Shown piece after piece: positions 61,273 to 64,000 of a DNA stretch of 64,000 bases. The stretch spans positions 3,534,001 to 3,598,000 of the forward strand of contig OZ024753.1 of the NCBI GenBank assembly GCA_964016885.1. Reading direction: 5' to 3'. Below the pieces are notes generated by a model. That model worked only from the letters and a program-made list of their open reading frames with translations. It was not told where the DNA came from and did no database searches. The translations under genes were made by a program, and so were the position numbers. The stretch is from Eledone cirrhosa (taxonomy: Eukaryota). How positions within the stretch are numbered: the stretch's first letter is position 1; each line of letters starts with the position of its first letter.

Positions 61273-61622
61273 TATATATATATATATATATATAAATATA
61301 TGCATTCCTGTCTTAACGACATCACAACTTTCTCCGCTTGGCCTGTTTCCCCCCTTTTGAAACTTTTCCCCCGTTGATGGGCGTGAGCCCGAAATATTGG
61401 GATTAAATCTCTACTACGGTAACCCTTCTACCTTTGTTTTGTTTTCATCTTCGTCTCTCTCAATTTTCACTTTCACCTGTTTTTCATATCTATATTTCAC
61501 TTCCTACCTCGAGATTTCCCTTTGCATTGTTGTGGCTTTCTTAAATACGTATTTTTATAAATATATATATATATATATATAAATATATAAATATATATAT
61601 ATATATGTATAAATATATATAT

Positions 61623-61707
<85 letters not shown>

Positions 61708-61783
61708 GAACCATCAACGAACCACACCAGACAGTCGAAGAGCGGGAATTGTCCTTATGTTTGTGTTTCTCTTATGTTTCCCA

Positions 61784-61826
<43 letters not shown>

Positions 61827-62666
61827 CATTTTTTAAACTGAAAACATTACAAGGGTATTTGATTTTAGACCACTGAAATCTTCACCGAAATATCTCTTCC
61901 AGATTCGTCACAAAAATATAACTTTTGAACATCCAATAACTATATGTTCACACCCACTGTATATGAATTCAACTGTGGTTTCTCTCTGAAACGTAAATTA
62001 CCGCACTTTTATCAAATCCTACTCTGACACTACTAGAAAAGCTCCTTAGTTCCATAATACTGATACAACATTCAATTTGTTAATCTCATTTCAGCCGTAA
62101 TTGAGATGTCGAAAGATGAAAGGGATTCATGAACTTATAATCCAATAGTTAATTTCAAACATAGTGCAAATAGGACAGCGTTATCTAATATGTTTCTTTC
62201 CTTCCTTTAATCTGTATAGCGTATTTTCAATGCATTTGGCAGGGATATTTACGATGTTGAGTACGATGCACACATTTTTTTGCTATTTAGATGTTACACA
62301 ACGTTGCTGTTCATATATATATATAATGTGCTATTGGATTTCGCTTAGTTCAGGTTACAAAAGCCGGTTAACACCTTACTTGACAAAACATCACTTCAGC
62401 CATTCCACCATTTTATATTTGATATAAATTGGATACTAAAATATATAAATACATATATCGCTTATCTGTGTTAATCCTATTTTTAACTTTGTAACTTCTC
62501 CAAGGATTACAGATCACAAAAATATCAAAGGACGACAACCCTACGATCGACCTACTGAAGTAAACATCTAGTGTCAACCATAACTAGACCTAGACGCTGA
62601 AACACTCCTCGTTATGGGCTACTCTAATTCAGAAATAGGGAAACCGAAAACGATATCTCATATACC

Positions 62667-62720
<54 letters not shown>

Positions 62721-62753
62721 TGTGGGGGGGGGGGGTCTGCTTCGTAGAATCAA

Positions 62754-62849
62754 GACGTATCTGAGGAACTTGCGATTTTCAGAGTCAGGTTCGATCATCA
62801 CCTCGATTGTGCCTCGAGCTGGTCGGCAGAGAAACGATTGTAATATATC
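62754..62849 (+). ncRNA. Type I hammerhead ribozyme with a long stem II, partly decayed
   Basis: GACGTAT-CTGAGGA-[63 nt]-GAA-ACGATTGT-A-ATATATC; downstream hairpin ACTC TGCTCT atg AGAGCA TC GAGT (62902-62926), (TA)n about 48 nt later. Confidence 0.65.
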
Positions 62850-62970
62850 CAATAAATTCCATTCGTCGCAACACTGATTCTCTTTTTTTCTGTGATATCA
62901 TACTCTGCTCTATGAGAGCATCGAGTGCGCATACGGCCTACCGCATACGGACGCTTTAAGCATCCAACAC

Positions 62971-63009
<39 letters not shown>

Positions 63010-63058
63010 AAATACAGTTAAATAAAAGTCAAATGATTAAAATTTAGCTTCGTTTATT

Positions 63059-63113
63059 ACTGCTATATATATTTCAGTGACAGCCATCTTTGGCTGTGAC
63101 CTCTTCAGGCACT
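63059..63113 (-). ncRNA. Type I hammerhead ribozyme with (AU)4 helix III
   Basis: Minus strand TGC-CTGAAGA-GGTCACAGCCA aaga TGGCTGTCACT-GAA-ATATATAT-A-GCA; helix I is short. Confidence 0.7.
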
Positions 63114-63345
63114 TTGAATTAGTATGGTATAGACAAGTACATATGTTGTTGAGGTGTATAATATTGTCAATACTCTGATATGCCCAGTTCCTTGTTGGGT
63201 TGTTATTTCACTGAGGAACTGGAGTCATATCTCACTACTCCGGAGTAACCAAACCAACCTGCGCACTTCGTCGAGTGCTCCAGCCTGCATACTGAGGTGT
63301 TGGTATACAACCAACTTAAACTCAAAATCTCTCTATATATATATA

Positions 63346-63598
63346 TAAATCAGGAAAGAAGGTTGACGTGGTTTGCTATACAAAAAAGGTTTTTTAATAG
63401 CAAACCATGTCAACCTTCTTTCCTGATTTATTATTACTTCAAGTGTTTACAACATAGGAATTACAGCATACCCGCAGCATCACTATGAAAACGCCTTGTT
63501 GAGTCAAATCAAGCCAAGCATTGATATCATCCACTACCTGGAATACCATAACTGGACTTTACCTAAGTGGACTGCATTTAACTATTATTTGTTACCCC

Positions 63599-63600
<2 letters not shown>
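63346..63600 (+). mobile_element. Fold-back (TA)n-flanked element with the 3' bulged hairpin
   Basis: Hairpin 63346-63430; ACTT CAA GTGTTT ... AAACGC c TTG TT GAGT at 63436-63504. Confidence 0.6.
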
Positions 63601-63632
<32 letters not shown>

Positions 63633-64000
63633 GCAGTTATTTTACAACTCCCAGATGAGGGGAAATGGTATTTCAAAATTAGGTATATTGGTGCAACTAT
63701 TGTTCTGTTGCTATATAATTCAAAGCTCTACAACTCTCGTTCTATTAAAATTAAATCATAAGCCGTACTTAAATTTGTACGTAGAATGAAAGTCGTAATG
63801 GAGAAGAATTAGTTAGTGCTGCTTACCTCGCTTTCTGAAATATGATGCATTACAACTAGTTAAGTTTGCTTAGCAATTACGAGGCTTGAAGTTCATCCCC
63901 ACTGTATGATATATTGGGCAAATACCTTTTACAATAGCGTTGGCTAAAAGCAAGTCCTTGCGAAACAAACTCGATAGTCAGAAACCGGAGTGAGTTTTGT

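Noticed and set aside
61368-61405. TTGAT-GGGC gtga GCCC-GAAATATT-GGGA
   Set aside because: Stem II and GAAA are suggestive but the 5' core and helices I and III are too damaged to call

Overview
AT-rich eukaryotic, non-genic DNA saturated with (TA)n and other microsatellites. The tRNA-derived SINEs and repeat landscape resemble an octopus (coleoid cephalopod) genome; that assignment is an inference. No host protein-coding gene is recognisable, and almost all long ORFs in the track are translated microsatellites. Conventional content: two SINE families, a decayed Tc1/mariner transposase, a hAT-type MITE, a young 5'-truncated CR1-group LINE, RTE-related pieces, and a near-identical 15-16 kb duplication across a 200-N gap that is probably two uncollapsed haplotypes. 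The main signal lies between the (TA)n tracts: many sequence-unrelated short elements share the plan (TA)n - optional inverted copy - type I hammerhead ribozyme (whole, half or decayed) - conserved hairpin with a 2-nt UY bulge - short tail - (TA)n. They include a 311-bp tandem/inverted array with seven intact dimer-type hammerheads (46910-48918), a hammerhead with a 116-nt stem II present in only one duplicate copy (18817-19168), two hammerheads whose helix III is (AU)4, and a 9-copy family that appears snapped back at hammerhead stem II. This fits a community of (TA)n-targeting Penelope-like/retrozyme non-autonomous elements with a shared, covarying 3' RNA signal. All structures were paired by eye; no folding, searching or activity test was run.
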